From Yuukianura sp. NJ FZ-2021 (lineage: Eukaryota), in contig CM102289.1 of assembly GCA_046563655.1 (NCBI GenBank), forward strand, positions 1,240,001-1,304,000: DNA of 64,000 nucleotides, written 5' to 3'. The position numbers and the translations under genes were made by a program. This document shows, piece after piece, positions 11,116 through 22,305 of the stretch (positions within the stretch are counted from its first letter, which is position 1; each line of letters starts with the position of its first letter). The notes below the pieces were generated by a model, which was not told where the DNA came from, made no database searches, and was given only the letters and a program-made list of their open reading frames with translations.

Positions 11116-11867
11116 ATGATGACGACGACGAATTAACCTACTAATTTAAACCTGACTAATTCTAACCTAACGAATCCCTACCAAATACAATTCAGCCTAA
11201 GATCCCTAATTTCTATCGTAGACAACGTTAATATTCTAAAAACTTCGAAAAAAAAGTGTACTCAATGTAATACTGAGACACCAATTACTTAACGTTAAAC
11301 TGATCTCGACGTTAATTGCAAAGGAAAACGAAAATCAAATCCGCAAAACAATTGAGAACCTAACAGCTGAATCACCAAAACTGGAATGAGTGAAATGAGA
11401 ATTTTCGTTGTGTTGTTGTTATTCTGCTGCTATAGGTTAGATATGCTTTCCACTGTTTGTGGAAAAAGCATGTGAGAGGGAGAGGGAACAACAGTAGGGA
11501 GGGAAACATCGTGTATTGAACCTCATCTGCCACTGTTGTATCCACGGAGTGTACCCAGCAACAGCATTTTCGTAATTACGGAGTTGATACAATTCGTAAT
11601 GCCAATTAAATTATTCAACACACAAATAATTATTATGCAACCTCCTGATAGCTCAGTTGAGTGTAACCAGAAATTACAGTGGGGTTTACACTGCGTGGTT
11701 ACAACAGATGTGGAGTTGGCTCACTCATCTGAGTCCGGACAGAAATACTGTAATAAGAATAAGATTTTTATAATGGCCAAACTAAAATTTTTTATTGTTT
11801 ATATGTTTTAATGTTTAATGTTTAACCATAAAATATTTAAGTTCGAGTTTTCCATAATTATAGTGGC

Positions 11868-12341
11868 CTATTTAGCAGAATTTTTTCCCATCCATTCCGC
11901 AAATTCGTCGAGACTGACTTGGCCGTCCTTGTTCGTATCTGCCTCAGCTACAAATTTAGCATACGAAGTTTCACCATAGTGCGGATTGTGAATCCGGTAC
12001 ACGCCCATGAAATCCTCAAACTCTGCCATCGAAATGTACCCGTCCCCATCAATGTCGTAAACTTGCGCTCGAATTTTAGCAAGTTTGCCGTCGTCGTGCA
12101 TGTATTTTAGAGTTTCAATAATTACTCGCATGGGGATGAACCCTCCAAAGTGTTGGCGCCAATAGCGTTCGTAGGCTGCATTCTGCTCTGGAGTGCGTGC
12201 ATAGCCAATGCGTTCACAAAAAAGTCCAACGTCACTCGCCAAAATGAAACCTTCGTCGGAAAATGTCGGCATTTTCCGGAAGATGGATTTCACTTCCTCC
12301 AGCTCCTGCTCGGTATACGGTTTTGTGAAGTCTCGTGGCAT
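11868..12341 (-). CDS. Calmodulin-like EF-hand protein, copy 5 (157 aa)
   Basis: EF loops DIDGDGYISMAE and DTNKDGQVSLDE; intact ORF. Confidence 0.9.
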   Translation of the reverse strand: MPRDFTKPYTEQELEEVKSIFRKMPTFSDEGFILASDVGLFCERIGYARTPEQNAAYERYWRQHFGGFIPMRVIIETLKYMHDDGKLAKIRAQVYDIDGDGYISMAEFEDFMGVYRIHNPHYGETSYAKFVAEADTNKDGQVSLDEFAEWMGKNSAK

Positions 12342-12956
12342 TGTGTATTACGAATGGAACACTAGCAACACCTAGAGTAAAAGCAAAAAAATGCAAATTT
12401 AAGTTTCAACGTTCCGGCTACTTTTTTCAAAATTTCAAAAAGTTGAGTACTGCAAATGTAACAATAATTTTGAAAAATTGTACCAAAACTTGCTTGACTT
12501 ACTCCGCCAAATGTAGAGTTCAACTGAGGCGTTTGAGGTAATTTGCCAAAATTTTATAATGGGATGACTTCGCCTATACTTTCAGCTGGTTAAACTTTTT
12601 AGCTGACTTAGCTTTTTAAAGCTTAAATGAATTAACAAGCTTGGTAGACGAATTTAACTTTCGAATTTAACTAGATTTTAATTTCGACTTTTAGCAAGGA
12701 AACTAATGAAATAAATTAGCAGGTTTTAAGTTAAGTCGAAGGTTGAGACTCATAATCTAATAAGCTCATATGTGGTTCATAGGGAAATAAATTTTATGCA
12801 GGAAATTCACACTTGGTCGCGAAATTTGTAATACAAAGGAAGAATTCTTCCAACTAGAATTTTATTCTAATTCGTTTGATGAATGTCTGCATCAAGTTTC
12901 TTCCGGATCATTTTGCTTGACCTGCAACAATGATTTGAAACTTAGAATTTTGAAAC

Positions 12957-13521
12957 CGGGTCCATGCCATTACATCGAAAAAAAGACATCGAAAGAAAAG
13001 ACATCGGAGAAAAAGACATCGAAAAGAAACACATCGGAAATACAAACACATCGAACATATAAACACATCGAAACAAAAGACATCGAAATAAAAGACATCG
13101 AAAATACAAACACATCGAAACAAAAGACATCGAAAACTACCCTCAGTCAGGCAAACCTACGCACGCCGTCACTATTGCGTGCTTTACCAAACCTAACGCC
13201 GCGCCTTCGGCGCGGAAATTCCAACAAAATTTGTGCGTTCAGTTTTAGTCTAAAAATGAAAACTTTAGGTTTGGCGTTAGGTTTGGTATAGCACGCAATA
13301 GTGATTTGGTTTAGGTTAGGATAGTGAATGCGTGCGTAGGTTTGGCTGACTGAGGTTAGTTTTCGATGTCTTTTGTTTCGATGTGTTTGTATTTTCGATG
13401 TCGTTTATTTCGATGTCTTTTGTTTCGATGTGTTTGTATTTTCGATGTGTTTCTTTTCGATGTCTTTTTCTCCGATGTCTTTTCCTTCGATGTCTTTTTT
13501 TCGATGTAATGGCGTGCTTCG
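12957..13521. mobile_element. Non-autonomous foldback DNA transposon (Mutator-like by TSD length)
   Basis: Imperfect terminal inverted arms of ~200 bp or more, built of 15-17-bp ACATCGAAA subrepeats. 9-bp TSD TTTTGAAAC at 12948-12956 and 13522-13530. Confidence 0.85.
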
Positions 13522-14110
13522 TTTTGAAACTAGCATTAGTGCGTCCCCTGGCCCTGGATAACTGATGAGTATTTCCAATCGAAATCTGAGCCCGATTGAT
13601 TGGTAAAGTTTCTTTCAGGTCTTCCTTCATTTCAAAAACTACTATCAACTAAACTAAAATTTTTAAATAACTAATTTACATCTGTTGTGAATCCATTCAC
13701 GTTTTAATACTTTACTTGACTTTCCGGAGTGAAAGTTTCCAAATTCGTCTGATTCAAAATCTGCTCCAGAAGAAAGGTCAAAGAGAAAGCTGTTTTCACT
13801 TCCAAGTAAAACCAAGGACAATACTACTTACAAACTATAGAAAAATGTTCAAATTTAAAAAACAAACAATCCAAATAGATAAATATTTCATTAATACATT
13901 GTTTGAAAATAAAAATTAACATATTGCTTTTTTTTTCTCTCAAAAGGAAAGGACGGAAACTGCAGTAGAACGTAGCCTTAAAATTGAATTTAGCAAAATT
14001 TTCAAAAAGTTTCAAACTTTTTCAAAAGTCTATGGGATTTCACATTGGAATTATGTAAAAATTTCAAAAAAATAAAGTTATGTATTATATTTATCAAGTA
14101 GTAATGGGAA

Positions 14111-15960
14111 TTAATGATATCGGGTTAGCTGGTCACATGAAATGGATCTTGACTTGTTTCCTAACATTTTGCGATTACTTGTCGAATTAGCACTAAAAAT
14201 CGGTATTCTGCTTTTGAAGTTAATGCAGGCAGTATTAGACGTATTTTGAGGTACTTTTTGAACTTTGCATCTTTCACGACGAGCTACTTGAAGTAAAACT
14301 TCACCGCTTTTGATACTTTTGAAAACATTTAAAGCTTCTGTATGCGTCACGCCAGCCAGAGGAGTTCCATTGATTGACAAAATTTCATCGCCTGACACCA
14401 AAAATCAGAATATTAATTAACACGAAACTTAATTAACAAAAAATTGCTAAGTTTCAAATTGATTACCTTCAGAAATTGTTCCATCTTCAACCGCTTGTCC
14501 GTTTGGAAAAATTCTTCTAACAAAAATGCCCATGCTGCCCTTAGCCGAATCTTTTCCGCCAACGACGCTGAATCCTAAGCCTTTCCGAGTGGGGCCTTTA
14601 TAAAACGAAATCGTAAATAGCGTAAGTGATACAGATTTTACTGACGCTTGTGTCATCGTGGGCGAATCTCTATCACGGACTTTGTTACGCAAGCGCAACG
14701 ACGGAGCCGATTGACGATGACTCTGAGTAGAGCAATTTGTAACCATTCCTGATTTTTCAGTTTTTGCTAAACTTGTGTCTTCATTTTCCAAATTCGAAAC
14801 GCTGTTGACTGCTTCTGCATAAACTTCTTCCAGCGCTTGTTTCAAAAGTTCTTCATGAATTGAAGTTTTTTCATAATCCGAGCATCCACTGCTGCTACTT
14901 GAATTAACGTCTTCCATTTGCTCAGGAATTGGCAGTTTTCCAGAATTTCTTGGCGATTCTTGTCCATTTCTGGTAGAGTCGCTGTCATAGCCGCTCTCTT
15001 CCTTCTGATTTAATTCTGCACCAAAAGTGATTGATTCGTCACTGGAATTTAAAATGTCACGAATTGAAAAAGAACGTCGTCGAAACAAGATTGTTTCTTA
15101 GACTGTTTTCAACTATGTCTTCCCACTGTGGTGTTTTATGCATCAAGTCAATTCGGATTTGACTCAGCGGGTCTGTCAGTCGCTGATGTCCATCGAAACA
15201 AGTTAAACTGGCGTTAGACAAAAGTGGACTTTGACCTAGGTCATGTTCATGCTGCAGAACTAAGTTGCCCATGCTGTGATACGAGTTTGGCAGATCGGTT
15301 GACCTGAAGTTGACTGAAGGTGTGGATGGTTCTTCTGGAAGTGAAGACAGCTCGGATCTATTGTAAGCATGTGGAAAAAATGAACGCTTTACAACAGCTC
15401 GAGCGTTTCCCAATCTGTAACTTCCGCCACTAAAAACTGAAATTGACGTTCCTCCTTCCAGGGTTGACGAATCGTCTTCTAAGTAAACACGGGATGTAAA
15501 ACAGAGGTTGTCGCAGCTAGTGGACTTTTCTAGCGGCTGTTGCTGAAATGACCTTTGACCTCTGCTGGTAAATCCAAGCAATTGGTGGTTGGAGACTCTT
15601 GGTCCAAGTCTTGAGTGTCCACGCCTTTGTCAATTTTTGTTTTAGAAGACTTTGGTTTGTTTGGTTTTAGTAAATTGCGTAATGATTCAACTCGGCTTAA
15701 ATTTCGTCTTAAGATTCCTGGATTCTTTCGATTGGACGACGATCTCTCGGAAGATTTGGTTGAAGCTTCGTAATTTTCGGGATCTTCGTGTTCTTCTTTA
15801 TAAGTTTGTTGAAAAACTGTGGCGGACTTTTTTGAATTGTATTTTGAAAACCCGAATATACTTTTGTCGAGTGTCATAGAGTTCAGTTTATCGCTGGATC
15901 CGGAACGACGCAGAGTGTCCCATGTCTTGTTGGCAACTTTTCTGCTCCATGTCGAAACGC
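14111..15960 (-). CDS. PDZ-domain protein (PDZD2/pro-IL-16-like C-terminal PDZ), multi-exon, 5' end not resolved
   Basis: [31 protein letters not shown]...[25 protein letters not shown], joined by a GT-AG intron at 14466-14392. Ser-rich upstream ORFs at 14467-15960 need further introns; one candidate (GTGGGA..TTCCAG) keeps frame. Acceptor at 15961/15960. Confidence 0.72.
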
Positions 15961-16646
15961 CTGAAAAATGAAAACTCAGCATCAAAATTCGATAAACAAA
16001 AGTAGCAACATAAGATTTAGAAAAAACGCCAACATTCTGCAGTAACAAGAACTGAAAGGTTTTGTAAATTGCAAATTGAGTGTCTTTCCGTTCGAATTGT
16101 TTCCTAGTTTCACAGCTTCACATTAAAAATTTGCCATAGTGTAAAAAATGTTGTTGCAAAAAGACCGCAAAAATGTGACAAATTTCGAAAGCACAGTGAA
16201 AATTTACCGGTAACTTCCGTTTCAAGCAAAACAAAATTAAAGAACTCATCTTCCGTTGTCGGAAGAAACGTGAAGAAAAGTCGATGTGATTAATCTCTTA
16301 GAAGTTACAGGACCGCTGAACCGTTTGACTGCGCGCATGCGCTCGAGGCAAAAACTTTCTGAACAAATTGGCGCCATTATGACCAACAAACTAACCTAAC
16401 AAAAATACAATAGCAGAAAAAAGAAAAAGTAAAGATTCACAAACTTTTTACATTAGTTTTTACTTTTTACATTAGTTTTTACTTTTTACAAGTAAAAATT
16501 GATTCTGATCTTTCAGGATGCGGTTTCAGTTCAAAAGAACAGTATGATTCAAACAATTCTTTTTAAGGAAAAACTTCCCGCTTTGTCCCACTTTTCCAAA
16601 ACTTAATAAGGTACCAGCGTAGTAATTATGTTAGGAATTTTTCTGG

Positions 16647-16680
16647 AGGTTATTGACCCCTAACGAGAGGTCAATGACCT
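16647..16680. promoter_or_regulatory. Pair of IR1 nuclear-receptor (EcR/USP-type) palindromes
   Basis: Perfect AGGTCA-A-TGACCT at 16668-16680 and AGGTTA-T-TGACCC at 16647-16659. Confidence 0.45.
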
Positions 16681-17339
16681 CTTGGAAATATTTACTCACC
16701 AGTAAATGAACCCGTTGTGTTGTTGTTCCGTTGTGAATCTTCTGTCAAGTCAAGCATCTGAAAGACTTTCAAAACCACAACGTCTTATTCGACTCAGCAA
16801 GTCTCATTTTAAAAGAACCGAAAAACTTCCATAGGAAGTTCTACGAATCTCTTTTCATCGATTCTGAATTGGACAATTTAAATCAAGACAACGGAATGAA
16901 AATTAACCCAATTTGGAAATCTTTACTGGTCCCTATGACAAGGAAACTACAAAAACGAAAATGTCCCCCGTCAGCAAATACTATTTAAATTTTCAGTCAA
17001 GTTATTTCTATAGTTTTTTCTTTTAAAATTTTTTCATAAGTTCTATCCCTGAAGAAGGACAAAGTAATTGTTCCAAAAGCTTGGGTTTTTTCTAAATAAA
17101 AATTAGATTCCACAACTGGTGTGGTGTACATACGAAAAATGAAAACTAAATACGTTTAAAGTAGTTTGCTGCTCAAACAAACTTTTATTGTATATAGTAA
17201 TTTTTATTGAATTCCAGATTTAGGGTTTTGACAGAATTTAGGACAAAAAAACTATATTCTCGGATAGGGTTTTAATAATTTTTAATTCCAACTACAATTG
17301 ATCTTGCTTGGTAGGTAGTAAATCCCTACTTAAGTTGTC

Positions 17340-17699
17340 TTATTTGCCTGGTTTGGTAAATGCACACTTCTCCTCTCTTACGTTGCAATTAATTGCCTGT
17401 CCGTTTTTCTTGCTAGTGCAGCAGTTTACAAAGTTAGTGAAAGCTTCCTTGGTTGGAGCATCACAGACATAGCCCTTTTTACCACCTTCAAGGTCTCGCT
17501 TGTAGCAATTATAAATGTCGCTCTTCCCTTTTTCCAGCTGCACTTCGCAGTCCATCGTATTTTTGTCATTGTACGTCGAAGAAACCTCTGACGAAGTGGC
17601 AGCACATAGAACGGAACGAAAGTAGGCAGCTTCTGTCTCCTTCGTCAAAGATGCAAAAATGACCATTGCAAAAACGGACCACAACAGTACCTTCCTCAT
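17340..17699 (-). CDS. Small secreted cysteine-rich protein (119 aa, 8 Cys), unknown function
   Basis: ATG at 17699, just after a splice acceptor. Signal-peptide-like MRKVLLWSVFAMVIFASLTKETEA. Eight cysteines including a CC pair. Upstream donor (~17797) and TATAAA (~17932-17937). Confidence 0.75.
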   Translation of the reverse strand: MRKVLLWSVFAMVIFASLTKETEAAYFRSVLCAATSSEVSSTYNDKNTMDCEVQLEKGKSDIYNCYKRDLEGGKKGYVCDAPTKEAFTNFVNCCTSKKNGQAINCNVREEKCAFTKPGK

Positions 17700-17702
17700 G
17701 TC

Positions 17703-19008
17703 GCTAAGCAAAATATTCAAAAAAATGATTAACGACTTTGCTGGAAATCATTTATCAAGCTATACAGCATTACCATGAACCCAGTGAATAGTCTTACCTA
17801 AAATTTTTGCCTTCTTTTTAGAAAAGTTTATTAAGCTCTGCTCAAATTTTTAAACAACAGAACCCAAATCTTTGAGTTAAAAGAGTAGATTGAAAATCTA
17901 GGTATGGCCAATTACAGCGCTCGTTTTTGTATTTATAGGGCTCGAAGCTACCTTTACCGATGGAGTTGTAAAAAAAGTGGCAAAGGTGATGAGCGAGTTA
18001 AAAGAACTTAATTTGGGTCTAAAGGTCTTCCAGCTTTGAAGTGTCAATCTCAGCTTCACTTTAATGGGGACATCTATTCGAGCAGTTTTAAAAAGTTGCT
18101 GATATGAATAAATCTCTCTATTATTTTTCCATTGGGTTCGTAAAGTCATACTTCTAAAACTAAATCTAAAATGGACAGATTTAGAAAAGAATTGAAATAA
18201 ATTAAATTATAAATTCGTTTTGGATGCCAAAACTGAATTTCATTATCCTATTTCTCCATCTGCAAAATTCAGTACGTAGACACTTTGGGAAAAAAAACTA
18301 CAAGAAATGTTGCTTCTAAGCATTTAAATACTTCTGACCATTGGTTCCTCCAATTATTTAAGGCTAAGCAAAGCTAAGCAAAATATTCAAAAAATGATTA
18401 AGGACTTTGCTGGAAGTCATTTATTAAGCTATACAGCAATACCATGAACTCAATGGAAAGCCTTACGTAAAATCCCTGCTTTTTTTTCAGGAAGGTTTAA
18501 CAAGCTTTGCTCAAATTTATAAACAACAGAACTCAAACTTTTGTGTCAAAAGGGCAGATTGAAAATCTAGCTATGGCCAATTACTGCGCTTATTTTTGTA
18601 TTGATAGGGACTCGAATCTATCTTTACCGATGGAGTTATAAAAAAAAATGCAAAGGTGATGAGCGAGTTCATGTTAAAAAACTTAATTTTGGTTTAAGGT
18701 CTTTTAACTTTCAGCTTTAACTTTAATGAGGACATCTATTCGAGAAATTTTTAAAAATTGCTTCACCATAATTTCCCCATTGGGTTCGTAAAGTCATAGT
18801 TCTAAAACTAAATCTAATATGGGCAGATTTAGTGCAAGAATTGAAATACATTAAATTGTAAATTCATTTTGGATGCCAAAACTGAATTTCATTATCCTAT
18901 TTCTTCATCTCCAAAATTCAGAACGTAGACACTTTGGGAAAAAACTACAAGAACTGGTGCCCCTAGGCATTTTACTTTTGACCATTGGTTCCTCCAATTT
19001 TTAAAGCG
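17703..19008. repeat. Tandem duplication (~660 bp x2) of the upstream region of the Cys-rich gene
   Basis: 17703-18364 aligns by eye with 18373-19008, from GCTAAGCAAAATATTCAAAAA to GACCATTGGTTCCTCCAATT. Confidence 0.9.
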
Positions 19009-20435
19009 GAAAATAGTCCAAGTCCGGACTTCTGTCACATTTATGCGTTATCTAATTTCAATCGTTCTACAAAACATGAGCTACTTTTTGAAATTTAGTA
19101 TTTTTTTCCAAAAATATGAAGAAAATTGAAATTAATTAAAAAGTAAAAGTGGAAGGCACGCAGGAAGCGTCCATTTTTGAAAGAGAAAAAATTATGGTTC
19201 AGGTACTGTGTGTTTCCATTTGGCGATTGTAATGAACGTGAATTCTGAGAATACTTCGACAATTCCAGCAGCGATGCTTAGGTCCTTAAAAACAAAAGTT
19301 GTTGTAAATTGAAAATATTTTTAACTTTAATTTTTTCAATTTACTAACTGCTGCTAAATATAAGGCCGTTCCAATATTGTATCGCGTTCATTGTGGTGCA
19401 CAAACAGTTTTCGTTCAGAAATTTCTTTTGGATTTCATCGTGACAGTCAACTTTAGCCAGCATTTGCCTTCCATAGTGCCTGCAATAGTATAAAACAAAA
19501 GCTGGCAAACCATATATAAAAAAAAATTTTTAAATACCTTTGCATGGGAGTCTTATTCCGAATGCCGAAAGAAAACATTTTGTAACATGCAGAATCCATA
19601 TATTCATCTAAAGTTTTTTTTCAAAATCATTCCAAAAGTGATTAATCCACACCGAGTGATTAAACGCAGTGAGGCCGCCTGTTAAATGAAAAACACTGTT
19701 TAGACCAAAATAACATTTCGTTAAAAGTTTATACAATTATACCAAAACTTTCAGCCTAGTCGGTACATGACCAAATGGAAAACGAAACAACTGATCAACA
19801 TTGGCGCAAATTGATAAAATGACAACTGCCAAAAGGCAGTCATACGGCCAAATTTGGATCCTGTTCCTTGTTTTACTGAAATTTCTCAATTCCGAATCAT
19901 GGACTAACAAAATGCTGAAGACTAAAGCAGGACATAAAAGAAGCTGTAAATAAAAGAACACAATTTCGCACAAATTAGTTTTAGTATTTGTAAAAATGTA
20001 TATTATTTCTGGTCTTACCAATGCTACGAGCCGAACCAGTACAACTAAACTGTGGCAAACTTGTGGTAAAACGTTTTTTAAAAGCTCTTTCAAAAGTTGT
20101 GCCCTCTCCCCTTCCGATTTCAGGTTTTAAGCTGCTTTTACTATAATAGCTTGAAAAAAAGTGTTGGAGCTCTTTCTAACCGTGGGTAATGGAGCATGTC
20201 TATGTTTGAAAACCAGAAAATCCACAATTGAAAATTACCACGAAAACTGCGCTTGCGTAAAATTTAATTTAACAAGCAACTTTATAATTTTTCGAACATA
20301 GAAAGTGTATCGTCATAAATGCTTTAATCCTGTAACGTGTTGAATTCGAAATTTTCAAAATGGCCAAACTTTAAATGTTTATTATTGAAATGTTTAATAT
20401 TTAAACAAAATATTTAAGTTTTATTTTTTTCGTAA

Positions 20436-20915
20436 TTAGTGGCCTCTTTCAGAATTCTTTGCCATCCACTCTGCAAATTCGTCAAGACTGACGCTGCCAT
20501 CCTTGTCAGTGTCCGCTTCTTCCACAAACTTAGCATAGGAAATGTCGCGATAATGTGGATTGTGAACACGGTAGACATCCATGAACTCCTCAAACTCCGA
20601 CATCGAAATGCTTCCGTCGCCATCAATGTCGTAGACTTGAGCTCGAATCCGAGCCAGCTTCCCGTCGTCATGCGTGTATCTCAGAGTTTCAATGATTACT
20701 CGCATGGGGATGAACCCACCAAAGTGTTGGCGCCAATAACGTTCGTAGGCTGCATTCTGCTCTGGAGTGCGTGCATAGCCAATGCGTTCACAAAAAAGTC
20801 CAACGTCACTCGCCAAAATGAAACCTTCGTCGGAAAATGTCGGCATTTTCCGGAAGATGGATTTCACTTCATCCAGCTCCTGCTCGGTATACGGCTTTGT
20901 GAAGTCACGTGGCAT
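20436..20915 (-). CDS. Calmodulin-like EF-hand protein, copy 6 (159 aa)
   Basis: ATG at 20915. EF loops DIDGDGSISMSE and DTDKDGSVSLDE. Confidence 0.9.
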   Translation of the reverse strand: MPRDFTKPYTEQELDEVKSIFRKMPTFSDEGFILASDVGLFCERIGYARTPEQNAAYERYWRQHFGGFIPMRVIIETLRYTHDDGKLARIRAQVYDIDGDGSISMSEFEEFMDVYRVHNPHYRDISYAKFVEEADTDKDGSVSLDEFAEWMAKNSERGH

Positions 20916-21569
20916 TGTATCTAACGAATTGTACACTAGCAACACCTGGAGTAAAAAAAGTACAAATTCAAGTTTAATTGTGGTATTTTTCAAAATTTCA
21001 AATAATTAACGAGTACTGCAAGTGTAACAAAATTTTCGGAAAGGTTAAACAAGACAATAAGCTTAACTTACTTTGTCAACTGTGGAGTTCAACTGATTCT
21101 TTTGGGGTGACTTGGCGAAAATTTATACTGAGATTCAATTCCAGTTGTTGAATTACACCTTTCGTTGTAATTGACTTTTCGTGGGAATTGGTGTCGGGGA
21201 AGTTTATTCGACGAAGTGGCGTGAAGCCAGTGGATAAACCTCGCGGTCAAAAATTCTAAGTTTTCAAAAACTGTTCCATCTTGACAATAAAAAGAACCGG
21301 AAAAAACTGGGTGTGGACAATTTTCAAACTAATCGAAATGCAATTCCCATTAAAATCTTCCCTTTGTATTAAACATTTCATGACGAAGTAAGAATTGTTC
21401 CATGAAATTTGTTTCATGGTGAACCACTTCTTACATTTTATGAGTCTCACCCATAGACTTTAAGTTGAAAACTTGTCGTAGAAAACAGGTCCCAATTTTC
21501 TTCCTAAATTCGTCTCTGAAGTTTGTTAATTCATTGCGGGTTTTCTTGTTTACCAGCTAAAAGGTTAGG

Positions 21570-21646
21570 CAAGGTCATCTCACTATAAAAGTTTCGAAAA
21601 ATGAAATCAGACGTATCAGTTGAACTCTACAGTTAACAGAGTAAGT
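21570..21646 (+). promoter_or_regulatory. A-type core promoter of EF-hand genes: CAAGGTCA, TATA, Inr, short non-coding exon, donor
   Basis: CAAGGTCA 21570-21577, TATAAAA 21584-21590, arthropod Inr TCAGTT 21616-21621, donor GTAAGT 21641-21646, acceptor CTCTAG at ~21792. The same layout is seen upstream of several minus-strand copies. Confidence 0.7.
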
Positions 21647-21828
21647 TAAGAATTTCTTTTTTCCATTTTTCAAAATGTTAGTTACCCTTACTACTATTCA
21701 ACTTTTAGAAATTTTGAAATTTTTAACAAATATTAGTATCTTAAGCGCTTCTCTACCACAACTAAACTTAAATTTGTACTTTTTAACTCTAGGCGTTGCA
21801 AGTAGGTATTCCATTCCTAAAACATACA

Positions 21829-22305
21829 ATGTCTCGTGACTTCACTAAACCGTATACCGAGCAGGAGTTGGACGAAGTGAAATCCATCTTCCGAAAAATG
21901 CCCACTTTTTCCAACGAAGGTTTCATCCTGGCCAGCGACATTGGACTTTTAAATGATCGCATTGGCTACAAACGCACACCCGAGCAGAATGTCGCCTACG
22001 AACGGTATTGGCGACAACATTTTGGTGGATTCATCCCCATGCCGGTAATGATTGACACTCTAAGAAATATGCACGACGACGGAAAACTAGCTAAGAATCG
22101 TGCGCAAATCTACGACATTGATGGAGATGGGTACATTTCGATGGAAGAATTTGAGGAGTTCATGGCAATGTACCGGATTCACAATCCGCACTATGGTGAA
22201 ACTTCATATACTAAATTTGTAGAAGAGGCGGACACAAACAAGGACGGCCAAGTTAGTCTCGACGAGTTTGCAGAGTGGATGACAAGGAATTCTGGAAAAA
22301 ACTGA
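21829..22305 (+). CDS. Calmodulin-like EF-hand protein, copy 7 (only inverted copy, 158 aa)
   Basis: ATG at 21829. EF loops DIDGDGYISMEE and DTNKDGQVSLDE. Confidence 0.9.
   Translation: MSRDFTKPYTEQELDEVKSIFRKMPTFSNEGFILASDIGLLNDRIGYKRTPEQNVAYERYWRQHFGGFIPMPVMIDTLRNMHDDGKLAKNRAQIYDIDGDGYISMEEFEEFMAMYRIHNPHYGETSYTKFVEEADTNKDGQVSLDEFAEWMTRNSGKN

Larger units (their letters stand above)
6060..11764 (-). mobile_element. Complete, apparently autonomous Helitron (5705 bp)
   Basis: Minus-strand 5' TC (11764-11763) and 3' CTAG (6063-6060). GC hairpin CGCTCCGCCG-TTC-CGGCGGAGCG at 6068-6090. Inserted between A and T with no TSD. The rejoined empty site GTAATTTTTTTATTTGAAA|TTTTTATAATGGCCAAAC matches the 3' flanks of paralogous EF-hand genes. 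Confidence 0.93.

Noticed and set aside
12908..13648. Low-complexity ORFs on both strands
   Set aside because: Translations of foldback-element subrepeats.
19737..20093. 118-aa hydrophobic ORF
   Set aside because: TTG start, no motif or splice support; likely a chance ORF in AT-rich DNA.
20916..20993. Hydrophobic N-terminal extensions of EF-hand ORFs as signal peptides (also 31160-31249, 40213-40272, 49930-50022)
   Set aside because: They translate intron pyrimidine tracts and UTR upstream of the conserved ATG, and differ between copies.
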